DNA of 64,000 nt. It comes from Candidatus Nomurabacteria bacterium. GTDB lineage: Bacteria > Patescibacteriota > Minisyncoccia > Phycocordibacterales > UBA9973. Location: positions 2,027 to 66,026 of the forward strand of contig JAIOPO010000005.1 in assembly GCA_021413905.1 (NCBI GenBank), in the 5' to 3' direction. Of this stretch, positions 46,900 through 57,686 are shown in pieces; the stretch's first letter is position 1; each line of letters opens with the position of its first letter. A program made the translations under genes and the position numbers. The notes under the pieces were generated by a model. The model ran no database searches. It saw nothing but the letters and a program-made list of their open reading frames with translations, and was not told the DNA's origin.

Positions 46900-47499
46900 T
46901 TAAGGTGTATCTAATAATCTTTGAGAGACAGAGGTTTGTAAAGAAAAAGGTGTTACTAATGTTCTTCCTTTGTAAGTTATTTCACCTATTAATTTTATTA
47001 AAATTAATGGTTGTTGATTGTCTGTAGGATTCGAACCAACGACCAAAAAACCTGAACCTGTTTTTAATTTTATATTATCAAGGCTTAATTTAGAAAAAAT
47101 TAAAGGATCAGTGTATGGTGCCAACACAACAGCTTTTAAAATTTCTCCATTATTATTTATATAATAAACCCACTCTGAATTATCAACTGAAGATTTAAAA
47201 GAAACACCCCAACAATTACTACCGTCTTTTACCGCATAACCTTCATTTAAATTTTGGTCTATACAATGATAATCATATCCTGTTCTTATATTTCTAGACA
47301 TATCCTCCATAATAAATGATAAATTATCCATAATATCACGATAATTTTGAGATTTGTTATGAAGTAAATTTGCATTTAACAATGCACCCATACCTATAAT
47401 TACTATTATTAGAAATAACGAAATAGCTATCATTGTTTCAATAATAGTAAAACCTTTTTCATTTACTTTTAATTTAATTTTAAATAAATTATTACTCAT
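46900..47499 (-). CDS. PilW-like minor pilin
   Basis: GFTIIETMIA, MSRNIRTG. Confidence 0.8.
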   Translation of the reverse strand: MSNNLFKIKLKVNEKGFTIIETMIAISLFLIIVIIGMGALLNANLLHNKSQNYRDIMDNLSFIMEDMSRNIRTGYDYHCIDQNLNEGYAVKDGSNCWGVSFKSSVDNSEWVYYINNNGEILKAVVLAPYTDPLIFSKLSLDNIKLKTGSGFLVVGSNPTDNQQPLILIKLIGEITYKGRTLVTPFSLQTSVSQRLLDTP

Positions 47500-47502
47500 A
47501 TA

Positions 47503-48099
47503 CTATTTTATTTGAACTTGACCTGATGGATAAATATCAATATTGGCACTTACGGATTGTGGTGAAATTATTTTTACAGAAATATATGAAACAGTACAAT
47601 TTAAAGTTGGTGAATAAAAAGAAGCTCCAACATTTGGTCTAGTATAGACTATATCAATATCATTAACACTAGAAGGACAACCGTTACCAAATACATTTAT
47701 ACTATTAATTCTATTATTTTTTGTAATATTAATACTATCTAAACATTCAGTACCAGAATTCAAACACCCGCCAGAACCTTCGTCGTATTGTTGATTTGAA
47801 TCATAGTCAGCAAAATATGTAAAAGAAGAAGGATTTGAAATATTAAAATAAATTCCATAAGAAGGACGCCATCCTATTGGTGCATTATTTTGAAATTTTC
47901 CAGACATTGCTGTTTTTTGAGCTTCGACTATTTTTAAAGCTATTTCATTTGATAAATTTCTAATATCTATTTTTTCTTGAAATTTAGCATAATTAAAGAT
48001 TATAGTAGAAGACATAATAGAAAAAATACCTAAAACAATAATAAGTTCTATATAAGTCATCCCCCTATTAAATTTAATTTTTTTATTTTTAAATTTCAT
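47503..48099 (-). CDS. FimT/FimU-like minor pilin
   Basis: GMTYIELIIV, EAQKTAMSG, C-terminal IYPSGQV. Confidence 0.8.
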   Translation of the reverse strand: MKFKNKKIKFNRGMTYIELIIVLGIFSIMSSTIIFNYAKFQEKIDIRNLSNEIALKIVEAQKTAMSGKFQNNAPIGWRPSYGIYFNISNPSSFTYFADYDSNQQYDEGSGGCLNSGTECLDSINITKNNRINSINVFGNGCPSSVNDIDIVYTRPNVGASFYSPTLNCTVSYISVKIISPQSVSANIDIYPSGQVQIK

Positions 48100-48108
48100 C
48101 AGAAAAAA

Positions 48109-48924
48109 TTAATGTGCAATTGAAAAAATATTTAATTCAAACAAAAATGAAATAAAAGAACCTATTATCAAAAAAGGAGCAAAAGGTATTTCGCTTTTAA
48201 TTTTATGTTTATCTGAAAAAAACAATAACAAAACACCGATAAAAGCGCCTGTCCAAAAAGAAATAACAACACCAGATAAAAGTCTTGAAATACCTAAAAA
48301 CCAACCAAGTGGAATCATTAATTTTGCATCACCTAAGCCCATCCATGTTCCCTTTGAAAATAACCACATAAGAGCAAAAGGAATAGATATAACAAAACCA
48401 GAAACAAATTCTGAAATATTTGGCAAATGTAAATTTAAAGAATAATCAGAAAATAAAAATAAACCACAAAAAGATAAAATACTTAAAAAAACCACCAACA
48501 TGTCTGGTATTATTTTATGTCGCATGTCATAAACAGCAATAATCATCAATAAACAAAAAAATACAGCATAATATCCGTAAGAAAAAATAAAATTAAAAAT
48601 ATTTCCATAAAAAATATTTTGAAGTTTAAAAAACAAAAGAGCAAACAGAAAACCTGTAATAAATTCAACTAAAAAATATTGAATAGATATATTTGTCTTA
48701 CAATTTTTACATTTACCTTTTAAAAATAAATAACTAAACATAGGTATTAATTCATACCAATTCAACTTATTTCTACAAGACATACAAGAAGACCTACCAC
48801 CAAAACTTTTTTGTGTATTATATCTCAAAATAACAACATTCAAAAAACTGCCGATAATAGCACCAAAAATGAAAAAAATAATTGTTAAAATTGAAACCAT
48901 AAAAATTAAATAAATTATTGACAA
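48109..48924 (-). CDS. pilD: Prepilin peptidase
   Basis: GSFLNVVI, CxxC pairs, MGLGDAKL, IPFAPFL; likely start ATG at 48900. Confidence 0.93.
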   Translation of the reverse strand: MSIIYLIFMVSILTIIFFIFGAIIGSFLNVVILRYNTQKSFGGRSSCMSCRNKLNWYELIPMFSYLFLKGKCKNCKTNISIQYFLVEFITGFLFALLFFKLQNIFYGNIFNFIFSYGYYAVFFCLLMIIAVYDMRHKIIPDMLVVFLSILSFCGLFLFSDYSLNLHLPNISEFVSGFVISIPFALMWLFSKGTWMGLGDAKLMIPLGWFLGISRLLSGVVISFWTGAFIGVLLLFFSDKHKIKSEIPFAPFLIIGSFISFLFELNIFSIAH

Positions 48925-48985
48925 TGTATATTAACTTGTAAAAATAAATAAATGTTAATACTAACTAAGTATAACATATCTAAAA

Positions 48986-49020
48986 AACAAAAAACCACTC
49001 AAAAAGAGTGGTTTTTTGTT
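48986..49020 (-). terminator. Terminator after the major pilin
   Basis: AACAAAAAACCACTC-aaaaa-GAGTGGTTTTTTGTT. Confidence 0.85.
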
Positions 49021-49034
49021 AAAAATTATCTTTA

Positions 49035-49478
49035 TTAACTACACATACCAGCTGCAGCTGTTCCAGCTTTTGCCCAACCAGAACTATCAACACACCATGT
49101 TCCTCCACCTTTCAAAACAGGAACACTGATAGCCCATTTTTGACCATCAGCGCTTGTATTACAAACGGGAGCAGTACTTTGTGTTGTAATATGAGCAATA
49201 CCTGCAGTAACATTAGTATCAACAAACATAGTACCAGTTGTAGCACATGAATTCACAGCAGTACTTCCATCAGCATTATATTTATTACCATTAGAATCGT
49301 ACCACAATTCAGCTTGTGCACGGATATTAGACATATCTGCCTTAACAGCAGCATCTGAACCTTTTGATCGAGCAGAATTCAAAGAAGCCAAAACAACTGA
49401 AGCCAAAATACCAATAATAGCAACGACTACTAACAATTCTATTAATGTAAAACCTTTTTTAAAACTATTTTTTTTCAT
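49035..49478 (-). CDS. pilA: Type IV major pilin
   Basis: KGFTLIELLVVVAIIGILASVV, C-terminal WCVDS..C; has its own promoter and terminator. Confidence 0.88.
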   Translation of the reverse strand: MKKNSFKKGFTLIELLVVVAIIGILASVVLASLNSARSKGSDAAVKADMSNIRAQAELWYDSNGNKYNADGSTAVNSCATTGTMFVDTNVTAGIAHITTQSTAPVCNTSADGQKWAISVPVLKGGGTWCVDSSGWAKAGTAAAGMCS

Positions 49479-49591
49479 AATTATTTTTAAAAACACTTAA
49501 TTTATAATTTAACTTAACGATAAATCAGCAATGTAAAACTGATTTTTTTCGACTTATATTTAATGCACACTATTATTATATCACAACTATT

Positions 49592-49614
49592 CTTTCCACA
49601 ATAAGTTATCCACA
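49592..49614 (+). promoter_or_regulatory. Tandem DnaA boxes upstream of pilA
   Basis: CTTTCCACA (49592) and perfect TTATCCACA (49606). Confidence 0.5.
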
Positions 49615-49622
49615 ATAATAGA

Positions 49623-50831
49623 TTAACTTATACCTCCAGCAATATTATAAATAGGCATAAGAACAGAAACAAGAAGAATTCCAACTCCAAGACCCAATAC
49701 TACAATCATAACAGGTTCGATAAGTCCAACAAGTGTATCTACAGCATCATCAACTTCTCTTTTATAAAAATCAGCCAGTGTTTTTAATATTTGACCAAGA
49801 GAACCGGTTTCTTCACCAACACGTACCATCTGTACCATGATATTTGGCATTTCATTTGGATGTTTTTCCAAAGAAGCAGATAAAGTTAAACCAGATTTTA
49901 CACTATCAGCAGCATCTTTTAAAACTAATCTGTAAATTTTACTACCGACCACCTCAGCGGTAATATCTATGGCACGAACGATAGGAATACCAGAAGTAAG
50001 CATTGTATCCATATTGTCTGCCATACGAGAAAGATAAAGTTTTTTATACAAAGTACCAATTGCTGGAATAGACAGACGAATTTTGTCCAAATACTCCTTT
50101 CCTGTATTGGTTGAAGATAAACGCCAAATCCAAATCCCTAAAGAAATTAAAAAAATCAAAACGAGAAAACCATAATGTATAAAAAATCCTGAAAGACCTA
50201 TGATTATTTTTGTATAAAAAGGAACAACTTGTCCGGAATCTAAAATAATAGCAGATAATTTTGGAATAACGACCACGAACATCAAAGTCATAACAATAAA
50301 AAATGTAACAACGACAAAAGCTGGGTAAATAAGAGCATTTCTTGTTTTTGAAGTTAATGCATATTGCCTATCTAAATAATCCGCCAAATGAGAAAAAGTT
50401 TGATTTAATTTTCCTGTTTCTTCTCCAGACTTTACCATATTCACATAAAAATCAGAAAAAACATCTGGATGTTTTGCTAAAGCAGATGATATGGAAAAAC
50501 CAGCTTGTAAATCATCACCGATAATTGTTAATTTTTTAGACAATAATTTATTTTCTGCATTACTGGCCAACATAGTAAAAGTTTTTAATGCTGAAACTTG
50601 AGCTTCAAACAATGTTGAAATTTGTCTAGACAATATCACGACATCTTTCATTGGAACTTTTTCAAAAACAGATATCTCAAAAAAAGACTTTCTTTCATTT
50701 TCCTCTTTTATGGAAATAACAATAAATCCACGTCTTTGTAATCCACTAATAGCCACATCTTTATTTGATGCATCTATTGAACCTTCTCTGTTTATTCCTT
50801 TGTCGTCTACAACTTTATATTTAAAAAGCAT
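49623..50831 (-). CDS. pilC: T4P platform protein PilC (GspF family)
   Basis: SGEETGKL, ALIYP, VGEETGSL, LIEP. Confidence 0.93.
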   Translation of the reverse strand: MLFKYKVVDDKGINREGSIDASNKDVAISGLQRRGFIVISIKEENERKSFFEISVFEKVPMKDVVILSRQISTLFEAQVSALKTFTMLASNAENKLLSKKLTIIGDDLQAGFSISSALAKHPDVFSDFYVNMVKSGEETGKLNQTFSHLADYLDRQYALTSKTRNALIYPAFVVVTFFIVMTLMFVVVIPKLSAIILDSGQVVPFYTKIIIGLSGFFIHYGFLVLIFLISLGIWIWRLSSTNTGKEYLDKIRLSIPAIGTLYKKLYLSRMADNMDTMLTSGIPIVRAIDITAEVVGSKIYRLVLKDAADSVKSGLTLSASLEKHPNEMPNIMVQMVRVGEETGSLGQILKTLADFYKREVDDAVDTLVGLIEPVMIVVLGLGVGILLVSVLMPIYNIAGGIS

Positions 50832-50835
50832 AAAA

Positions 50836-51909
50836 TTACATTAATCTTTCCAAAGCATTTGGATTTAAAGAAAATTTATAAGCGTTCTCTATTGTTATTT
50901 CCCCCGCTCTGACTAATTCAATCAATGATTTATTTAAATCAACCATACCACTCTCAGAACCAGTTTCTATTACTATATCAATTTCGTGTGTGCGTTTCTC
51001 TCGAATTAAATTTGAAACAGCTTTATTGTTTATCAATAATTCATATGCCGGAATCAAACCACCAGTAATTCTAGGCACTAATCGTTGTGAAAAAATACCA
51101 AGCAGAGAAGAAGCTAATTGAACACGAATTTGATCTTGTTGTTCTGCAGGAAAAGAATCTATTATTCTATCAATTGTTTGTGATGCATTATTCGTATGAA
51201 GCGTAGAGAAAACCAAATGTCCAGTCTCTGCCGCTGTAACAGCCGTAGAGATAGTTTCAGTATTTCTCATTTCACCAATCATAATAACATTTACATCTTC
51301 ACGAAAAGCAGATTTTAAAGCAATATGAAAATCAGAAGTATCAATACCGACTTCACGCTGATTAATGATTGATTTTTCTGGTTTATAAATATGTTCAATC
51401 GGATCTTCGATTGTTAAGATATTTTTAGACTCTTTTTTATTTATTAAATTAATCATCGCAGACAGAGTAGTACTTTTACCTTGTCCAACAGGACCAACAA
51501 CTAAAAAGAAACCTTGTTTTTTTTGAGCTAAATCCGCAAGAATTGACGGTAATTTTAATTCTTCTAAATCTCCAACTTTTGGTATCAATCTTAAAGCAAT
51601 ACCGACAACACCTTTTTGGAAAAAAGCATTACATCGTAAACGAATTTTTTCAGGAGAATCAGCTAAAGTAAACTCATAAGAAAAATCAATCTCCTGTTTT
51701 TCTAAAAATTTATTTATTCTTTCTTTGTCTATTAAAACAGATAAAATAGATAAAACATCTTCTTTTGAAAATATAGGATGTTTCACTAATTGAATTAACT
51801 CACCATTTACACGAATAAAAGGATTTCTATCTACACCTAAATGCAAATCTGATCCGCCTTCACGAATAAGAGTTAAAATAAGTTCTTCTATTTCTTTTTT
51901 ATAATCCAT
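50836..51909 (-). CDS. pilT: Retraction ATPase PilT
   Basis: SDLHL, GPVGQGKSTT, TIEDPIE, AAETGHLVFSTLHT. Confidence 0.92.
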   Translation of the reverse strand: MDYKKEIEELILTLIREGGSDLHLGVDRNPFIRVNGELIQLVKHPIFSKEDVLSILSVLIDKERINKFLEKQEIDFSYEFTLADSPEKIRLRCNAFFQKGVVGIALRLIPKVGDLEELKLPSILADLAQKKQGFFLVVGPVGQGKSTTLSAMINLINKKESKNILTIEDPIEHIYKPEKSIINQREVGIDTSDFHIALKSAFREDVNVIMIGEMRNTETISTAVTAAETGHLVFSTLHTNNASQTIDRIIDSFPAEQQDQIRVQLASSLLGIFSQRLVPRITGGLIPAYELLINNKAVSNLIREKRTHEIDIVIETGSESGMVDLNKSLIELVRAGEITIENAYKFSLNPNALERLM

Positions 51910-51928
51910 ATTGTATTTTAGTTTTAAA

Positions 51929-52321
51929 TTAAGAAACTTTTTTAGGCATAATACCTAAAACCTGATCAATCACTTCAGATGGAGTGGAATTAGCTTTAAT
52001 TATAAAGCCGTCTACTCCCAATTCTTTACCTTTATCAATATCTTGTTGTTGACCTTTATTAGAAAGAATAACTTTTACTGAATTTTCAGAAAGTTTTTCA
52101 GAATTAATTTTTTCCAACAATTCAAAACCATCCATCTCAGGCATTATAATATCAGTTAAAATTATTGCCGGATTCAATCCTGACTTTAATTGTTCTAGAG
52201 CTTGCATTCCTCCAGAAGCAGTATGAACATCGAAATTATTTTGATTAAATTTCAACGCATACATATCCAAAAGGAAACCGTCATCATCAACTATTAAAAT
52301 TTTCTTTTTTTCTCCATCCAT
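51929..52321 (-). CDS. Single-domain response regulator
   Basis: ILIVDDD, LTDIIMPEMDG, FIIK. Confidence 0.9.
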   Translation of the reverse strand: MDGEKKKILIVDDDGFLLDMYALKFNQNNFDVHTASGGMQALEQLKSGLNPAIILTDIIMPEMDGFELLEKINSEKLSENSVKVILSNKGQQQDIDKGKELGVDGFIIKANSTPSEVIDQVLGIMPKKVS

Positions 52322-52392
52322 AAGTATCTATAATTATATAACAAATTTTTTTTTAGCAACAGCCCTCATATATATCCCTGTGGACAACTCGA

Positions 52393-54144
52393 TTAATCAT
52401 TATCATTTGAAAAATTATAGACCTCTTGAAAAGGTATAATACCGTCTATAGCTTTAAGCATAGCGTCTTCTCGCATCATAAGCATTCCATTTTTTCTAGC
52501 AACTTTATATATCTCAGAATCAATAGGATTTTTCAAAATAACATTTTGCATTTCTTTATCAACAGCAAACATTTCATAGACTGCTATACGTCCCCTTGTA
52601 CCAGATGGACATTCTGAAGAAGTTCCAGTTTCATACATTTCAGATTTAATTTCTATTTCTTTTTTAAATTCTTCTGGCAAATCTTTCATTTGTTCTTCTA
52701 TTTGAAGCTTGATACTTGGATCCATAGCAACAAGTTTACGAGCAGAAGGACAAGTCAGTCTAGACAAACGTTGAGCCACAGATAATACTAATGTTGGAGC
52801 AATAAGATAAGGATCGACTCCCATATCAATCAAACGTGGTATCGCACCTATAGCATTATTCGTATGCAAAGTAGACAAGACCAAATGTCCAGTCAAAGCT
52901 GCTTGAATTGCAAGCTCTGCTGTTTCCTTGTCACGTATTTCTCCAACCATAATCACATTTGGATCTTGACGCAATATAGAACGAAGACCTGATGCAAAAG
53001 TATATCCTATTTCTGGCATTATTTGAGATTGATTAATATCCGGCATATGATACTCAACAGGATCTTCTAGGGAAACTATGTTACTTTTTTCTTTATCCAA
53101 TTCATTCATCATAGAATAAAGAGTAGTGGATTTTCCAGATCCAGTAGGTCCTGTAATTAAAATAAGTCCGTATGGTTTTGTAATCGCTTCGCGAATCATT
53201 TCTAAATTTCTTTTAGACAAACCAAGTTCACTTAAAGGCTTTACTCCTTTTTCAGAATCCAAAATACGCATTACGACTTTTTCTCCATAATAAGAAGGCA
53301 TTGTTGAAACACGAAAATCTATTTTTCTACCATCAATACTTGTACTAAAAGATCCATCTTGTGGTTTTCTTTTTTCATCAAGTCTTAATTTTGCAAGTAT
53401 TTTAATACGAGCAACGACACCACTATGCACATTCGCAGGTAAAACTATCGTAGTATGCAAAGTTCCATCTACACGATAACGTACTTTTACTTTTTCACCA
53501 GTATGTTCTATATGTATATCTGAAGCATTACCTTCTATTGCATTACGTAAAATCACAGCTACGATTTTTATAACAGGTGCATCCTCTACTATTTTTGTAT
53601 CTTCGCCCTTTTTTAAAGATGAAATATCTTCATTTATTTTTTTCATTTCATCTATATTTTTTATATCTAAATTTTGATCATCGTTAAATTCTTCCAAGGC
53701 TTCACCAACTTGGTTGGATATTCCTTTATAATTTTCCATTATTTCAAAATAATCTGTTTTAGAAATTAAAAATATCTTAAAAGGTATGCCTATTTTAGCA
53801 GAGATAAATTGCAATGCATCCATTGCTTGAATATTTTCAGGATCCACAATACCAACTTCAAGAACACCATCTTTCAAATCTATCGGAGTACAATTATAAT
53901 GCCTAGCAGAATCTTCGGGAATATATTTTAATATATCAAAAGACATATTTTTAGCATCAATTTTTCTAACAGGAATATTAAAATAATCTCCTTTTGTTTC
54001 CAATATTTTTTCTTCAGAAACACCAAAATCAGCTAAAGAAGTGTCAATATCGCCATTATATTTCTCTTGAGCTCGATTTTTAATCTCACCTATTTGGCTT
54101 TCATCTATCAAACCTTTTTTTGATAATTCTTCTAAAAAACTCAT
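52393..54144 (-). CDS. pilB: Assembly ATPase PilB (GspE family)
   Basis: ASDIHIE, PQDG, GPTGSGKSTT, LRQDPNVIMVGEIRD. Confidence 0.93.
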   Translation of the reverse strand: MSFLEELSKKGLIDESQIGEIKNRAQEKYNGDIDTSLADFGVSEEKILETKGDYFNIPVRKIDAKNMSFDILKYIPEDSARHYNCTPIDLKDGVLEVGIVDPENIQAMDALQFISAKIGIPFKIFLISKTDYFEIMENYKGISNQVGEALEEFNDDQNLDIKNIDEMKKINEDISSLKKGEDTKIVEDAPVIKIVAVILRNAIEGNASDIHIEHTGEKVKVRYRVDGTLHTTIVLPANVHSGVVARIKILAKLRLDEKRKPQDGSFSTSIDGRKIDFRVSTMPSYYGEKVVMRILDSEKGVKPLSELGLSKRNLEMIREAITKPYGLILITGPTGSGKSTTLYSMMNELDKEKSNIVSLEDPVEYHMPDINQSQIMPEIGYTFASGLRSILRQDPNVIMVGEIRDKETAELAIQAALTGHLVLSTLHTNNAIGAIPRLIDMGVDPYLIAPTLVLSVAQRLSRLTCPSARKLVAMDPSIKLQIEEQMKDLPEEFKKEIEIKSEMYETGTSSECPSGTRGRIAVYEMFAVDKEMQNVILKNPIDSEIYKVARKNGMLMMREDAMLKAIDGIIPFQEVYNFSNDND

Positions 54145-54147
54145 AAT

Positions 54148-54600
54148 TTAAGGTGTTAAAGTTTTATTAGTATTTGTTTTTGTATTAGTATTTGTTGGAA
54201 TAATATTTGATAAATTATCAACAGAATTTACATTAACCGGAACAACGTTTGATAAATTTACAGGTATTACATTAACGTCTGAACCAATAGGAGCAAATGG
54301 ATTCGGTCTACCTTCTGTACCATCTTGAACCAAAACAATACTTGAATCGTGTAAATTATTAAAAATAGAATCTTTCAACAAAGAATCATCTAATTTAATA
54401 TTCTTAACATTTAAAAGCAAAGACAGAAAATCACTTCCTGGAATATTTGTACTATCTGTAATATTTTGAACATTTGTATTGTTTACAGTTGAAACAAGTC
54501 CGGCAGTTTCACTATTTGGTTTCATTAAAAAAACATAAATAGAAACCAGAGATCCGGCGACTAATATCAATATTATAAATGTTTTTATTTTTGAAGACAT
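54148..54600 (-). CDS. Membrane-anchored T4P accessory protein (PilP position)
   Basis: N-terminal TM, GRPNPFAP motif, Asn/Thr-rich tail; follows pilO. Confidence 0.6.
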   Translation of the reverse strand: MSSKIKTFIILILVAGSLVSIYVFLMKPNSETAGLVSTVNNTNVQNITDSTNIPGSDFLSLLLNVKNIKLDDSLLKDSIFNNLHDSSIVLVQDGTEGRPNPFAPIGSDVNVIPVNLSNVVPVNVNSVDNLSNIIPTNTNTKTNTNKTLTP

Positions 54601-54601
54601 T

Positions 54602-55189
54602 TTAATTTTTTAACCAATAAGTTTTAATTTTAAAACCATACTTATAAGAACTTGAAGATTGATTTGAATTCAAACCATTACCAGAATCTGAAGTAAATTG
54701 GACAGAAGAAATGTCTACAATTCTTAAATTATTTTCCAAATCTTTTATAAAATTTAAAAAATTACTATAAGTACCTTGGGTGGAAAACTCTAAATTCCAT
54801 ACTCCATATTCTTTATTTGATTGAGTATTGACTCCACCTTTTATACTGACAGCTGTGGCATCCGCACCAGTAGTATCATATTTTACATCTTTCAACACCA
54901 TTCCATACGGAGATGCTATTTTTTCTATTTCTAAAATCAAACGAATATTATCCACATTGTCAGGTAAAAATTTCTGCAATTTATCTAAAGTATCTGGAGT
55001 AATTTCATTATATTTTTGAGTAAGTTTATCTCTTTCTGATTCTAAAACTTTAGAGTTACTCAATGCTTCATCATAAGCAACAACATTTTTTTTCAAAGAA
55101 GAAACTTCTTTGAAAAGTGGATCTGTAAACATGAAGAAACCTCCTACAGATACTCCTATTAAAATTATTGGTGTAATAAATCTGAACAT
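54602..55189 (-). CDS. pilO: PilO-like protein
   Basis: TM, coiled coil, LP, GTYSNFLNFIKDLENNLRIVDI. Confidence 0.82.
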   Translation of the reverse strand: MFRFITPIILIGVSVGGFFMFTDPLFKEVSSLKKNVVAYDEALSNSKVLESERDKLTQKYNEITPDTLDKLQKFLPDNVDNIRLILEIEKIASPYGMVLKDVKYDTTGADATAVSIKGGVNTQSNKEYGVWNLEFSTQGTYSNFLNFIKDLENNLRIVDISSVQFTSDSGNGLNSNQSSSSYKYGFKIKTYWLKN

Positions 55190-55192
55190 AAA

Positions 55193-55795
55193 TTAATTTT
55201 GAGTTGTATTTTTAATCATCTGTTTATAATTTAACAATGTAGGATCCACCGAAAAATCTAAATCAAATAAAACATTACCTTTATCATCCAAAGAAAGATT
55301 TGAAAAAACAGGATCAATAATCATTTTATTTTTACTAAATAAATCAGACTGTAAAGCAATAGAGCGATATCCTAATGCTTGTCCGCTCATTTTTACGCTT
55401 ATTTTTGATTTTTTATCATCACCAGCAGAGTAACTAAATTTTGTATAACGTACATTTTTTAGAGTTGACTGTGAAAGTATTTCAAAAATTGGTGAAATAG
55501 AAACATGATTTGCTAAAATTTCCTTAGAAGCATTTAACCTTTTGTCTAGAATTTGAAGTTGATTTATTTTTTGTGGTTCAAAACGATTTTTAGCCAAGAT
55601 TAAATCATTTTGCATTTTAGTAATATTGGTTTGCAACATACCTTTATAGAAATAAAGACCAGCTGAAGCTAAAATAATTATAAAAAATACAAACAAAGAT
55701 AAAACAGTAAAAATACCAATAGGACGAGAAGAAGCGGAACGCTCTTCAATCATTGGTTTCTTTGGTATAAATGATGTTTGAAAATTTTGATCCAT
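55193..55795 (-). CDS. pilN: PilN-like protein
   Basis: TSFIPKK, TM, ferredoxin-like C-terminus; between pilM and pilO. Confidence 0.75.
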   Translation of the reverse strand: MDQNFQTSFIPKKPMIEERSASSRPIGIFTVLSLFVFFIIILASAGLYFYKGMLQTNITKMQNDLILAKNRFEPQKINQLQILDKRLNASKEILANHVSISPIFEILSQSTLKNVRYTKFSYSAGDDKKSKISVKMSGQALGYRSIALQSDLFSKNKMIIDPVFSNLSLDDKGNVLFDLDFSVDPTLLNYKQMIKNTTQN

Positions 55796-55815
55796 TTATT
55801 TTTTTATTATCTCAT

Positions 55816-56943
55816 TTATTGTAATTTTCGTAAAGCTAAACCTAATGCAATTGCAAATTCAGGACCTGTAACTTCTAAAACTTTTTCTAAAAAAGCCGGT
55901 GCTTTGATTTTAGAAAAAGGATGACCTGTAACCACATCCATTCTAAAATTACTCGTAGCAACTTCAGCAACACCTTTTAATAGAGAACCACCGCCAGTCA
56001 GAATAACTTTACTGATAGTTCGATCGTACTTCTTCTCATATCCTAATAATACATTATTTGTTTCTGAAAAGATATAGTCAATGTGTGTTTTTATAATATC
56101 TGTTAAATTTTGTTCTGAAGGATTACCAAAAAGACCGTATTCTTTCTTCATTTCTTCTGCTTTTGAAAAAGGAATACTTAAAGTTTTAGAAATTGATTCT
56201 GTAATATCTGCCCCTCCTCTATTTATAGTATGAAAACTGCGAACAGCTCCGAATTCTACTATGGATAATTTGGTACGAGATGCACCCAAATCCATCAACA
56301 AAACAGGAGAAAGTTCATGATCAAAATTTGCACGAATAGAAGAAAAAATTTCAACTTCAAAAAAATCTGATTTTAAATTTAATTGATTTACAAGAGAACG
56401 ATATTTTGAAATAGCATCATTTTGTATAGCAACGACCAATACTTCTTTTTTCTGCAAAGATGAATCCGCAACATCAAGATTATTTGCCTCTTCAAAAGAA
56501 GATTCTTTTTTAGGAAACAAAAAGTAATCCAAAGAAACTTCATTGATAGGTAATGGAATATATTTACGAGCTTCATTTGGTACGATAGACGGGATCTCAT
56601 TTTCTTTCACTTGGCCAGGTAATTCAATACTGAATATCAAACTTGATTGTGCTGGTATAGCAAAAGCAGATGAAGTAGTAACTACGCCTGATTGTTTTAA
56701 AACTTCTTTTAACGCTTCGAAAATCTTTTCAATAGGTAAATTGGTAACGCGTCCTATATCAGTATCTGCATATGGACCTAAAGCTATTGCGCCATATGTT
56801 TCAAGAACCGCTTTTCCTTCTTTTTTCTTTATTTCAACAACTTTAATAGAAGAAGAACCGATGTCTATGCCGACAGCGCTATTAACAGAAGAACTATTAA
56901 ATATACTAATATTTCCAAATAAATTTTTAAACGGATTATCCAT
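55816..56943 (-). CDS. pilM: PilM
   Basis: GIDIGSSSIKVVE, EARKYIP, DLGAS, LTGGGS, ALGLALR; start MDNPF at 56943. Confidence 0.92.
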   Translation of the reverse strand: MDNPFKNLFGNISIFNSSSVNSAVGIDIGSSSIKVVEIKKKEGKAVLETYGAIALGPYADTDIGRVTNLPIEKIFEALKEVLKQSGVVTTSSAFAIPAQSSLIFSIELPGQVKENEIPSIVPNEARKYIPLPINEVSLDYFLFPKKESSFEEANNLDVADSSLQKKEVLVVAIQNDAISKYRSLVNQLNLKSDFFEVEIFSSIRANFDHELSPVLLMDLGASRTKLSIVEFGAVRSFHTINRGGADITESISKTLSIPFSKAEEMKKEYGLFGNPSEQNLTDIIKTHIDYIFSETNNVLLGYEKKYDRTISKVILTGGGSLLKGVAEVATSNFRMDVVTGHPFSKIKAPAFLEKVLEVTGPEFAIALGLALRKLQ

Positions 56944-56977
56944 AATTTTATGATAAAATACTTTATAAGTATAGCAT

Positions 56978-57646
56978 ATGAATATATTAGAAACTATATT
57001 AAATATAATTTTCCCTGTGAATTGTGAGATTTGTGGAAAAAATGACACAGATTTTTGTCTTGATTGTTTAATTTTGGCACCAGAAGCTGAACGAGAAAAT
57101 GCAAAATGGATATTTTCAATGTTTGACTATCGTCATCCGCCCATCAAAAAATCAATTTGGCTTTTAAAATACAAAAATAAAAAACGTCTTGCTAAAATAT
57201 TTGCAGAAGTTTTATACGGCAGAATATTGGAAGAATTGGCAGATTTGTTTGTATTTGAAAATTTTAATAATCCTATTTTAATTCCCATTCCCCTTGCACC
57301 AAAACGAAAAAGAGAAAGAGGTTATAATCAAACAGAACTCATTTGTGAAAATTTAATAAAAATTGATGCAAAAAATTCTACAAAACAAAATGCAAATTTC
57401 ACATTTGAAAAAAATATTTTAATAAAACCCAAAGACACTGAACACCAAGCTCGCATTAAAAACAGAAACAAAAGACTGAAAAATCTTAAAAATTCTTTTA
57501 TGATTAAAAATCCGGAAAAAATAAAAGGTAGAAATATAATTCTCATAGATGATGTCACTACGACAGGTGCCACCTTGGATGAAGCTCGTAAAACTCTTAA
57601 AAAATACGGTGCCAAAAAAATCTTTGCTTTTACTATAGCGCACTAA
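56978..57646 (+). CDS. comF: ComF-family competence protein
   Basis: FPVNCEIC..CLDC, RGYNQ, LIDDVTTTGAT. Confidence 0.9.
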   Translation: MNILETILNIIFPVNCEICGKNDTDFCLDCLILAPEAERENAKWIFSMFDYRHPPIKKSIWLLKYKNKKRLAKIFAEVLYGRILEELADLFVFENFNNPILIPIPLAPKRKRERGYNQTELICENLIKIDAKNSTKQNANFTFEKNILIKPKDTEHQARIKNRNKRLKNLKNSFMIKNPEKIKGRNIILIDDVTTTGATLDEARKTLKKYGAKKIFAFTIAH

Positions 57647-57686
57647 AAAACATTAATAAACTCTAATTTTATGTTAAAATAAAAAA

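Noticed and set aside
49592-49614. oriC candidate
   Set aside because: Only two boxes in a short intergenic gap, with no dnaA/dnaN nearby. Kept only as a possible regulatory site.
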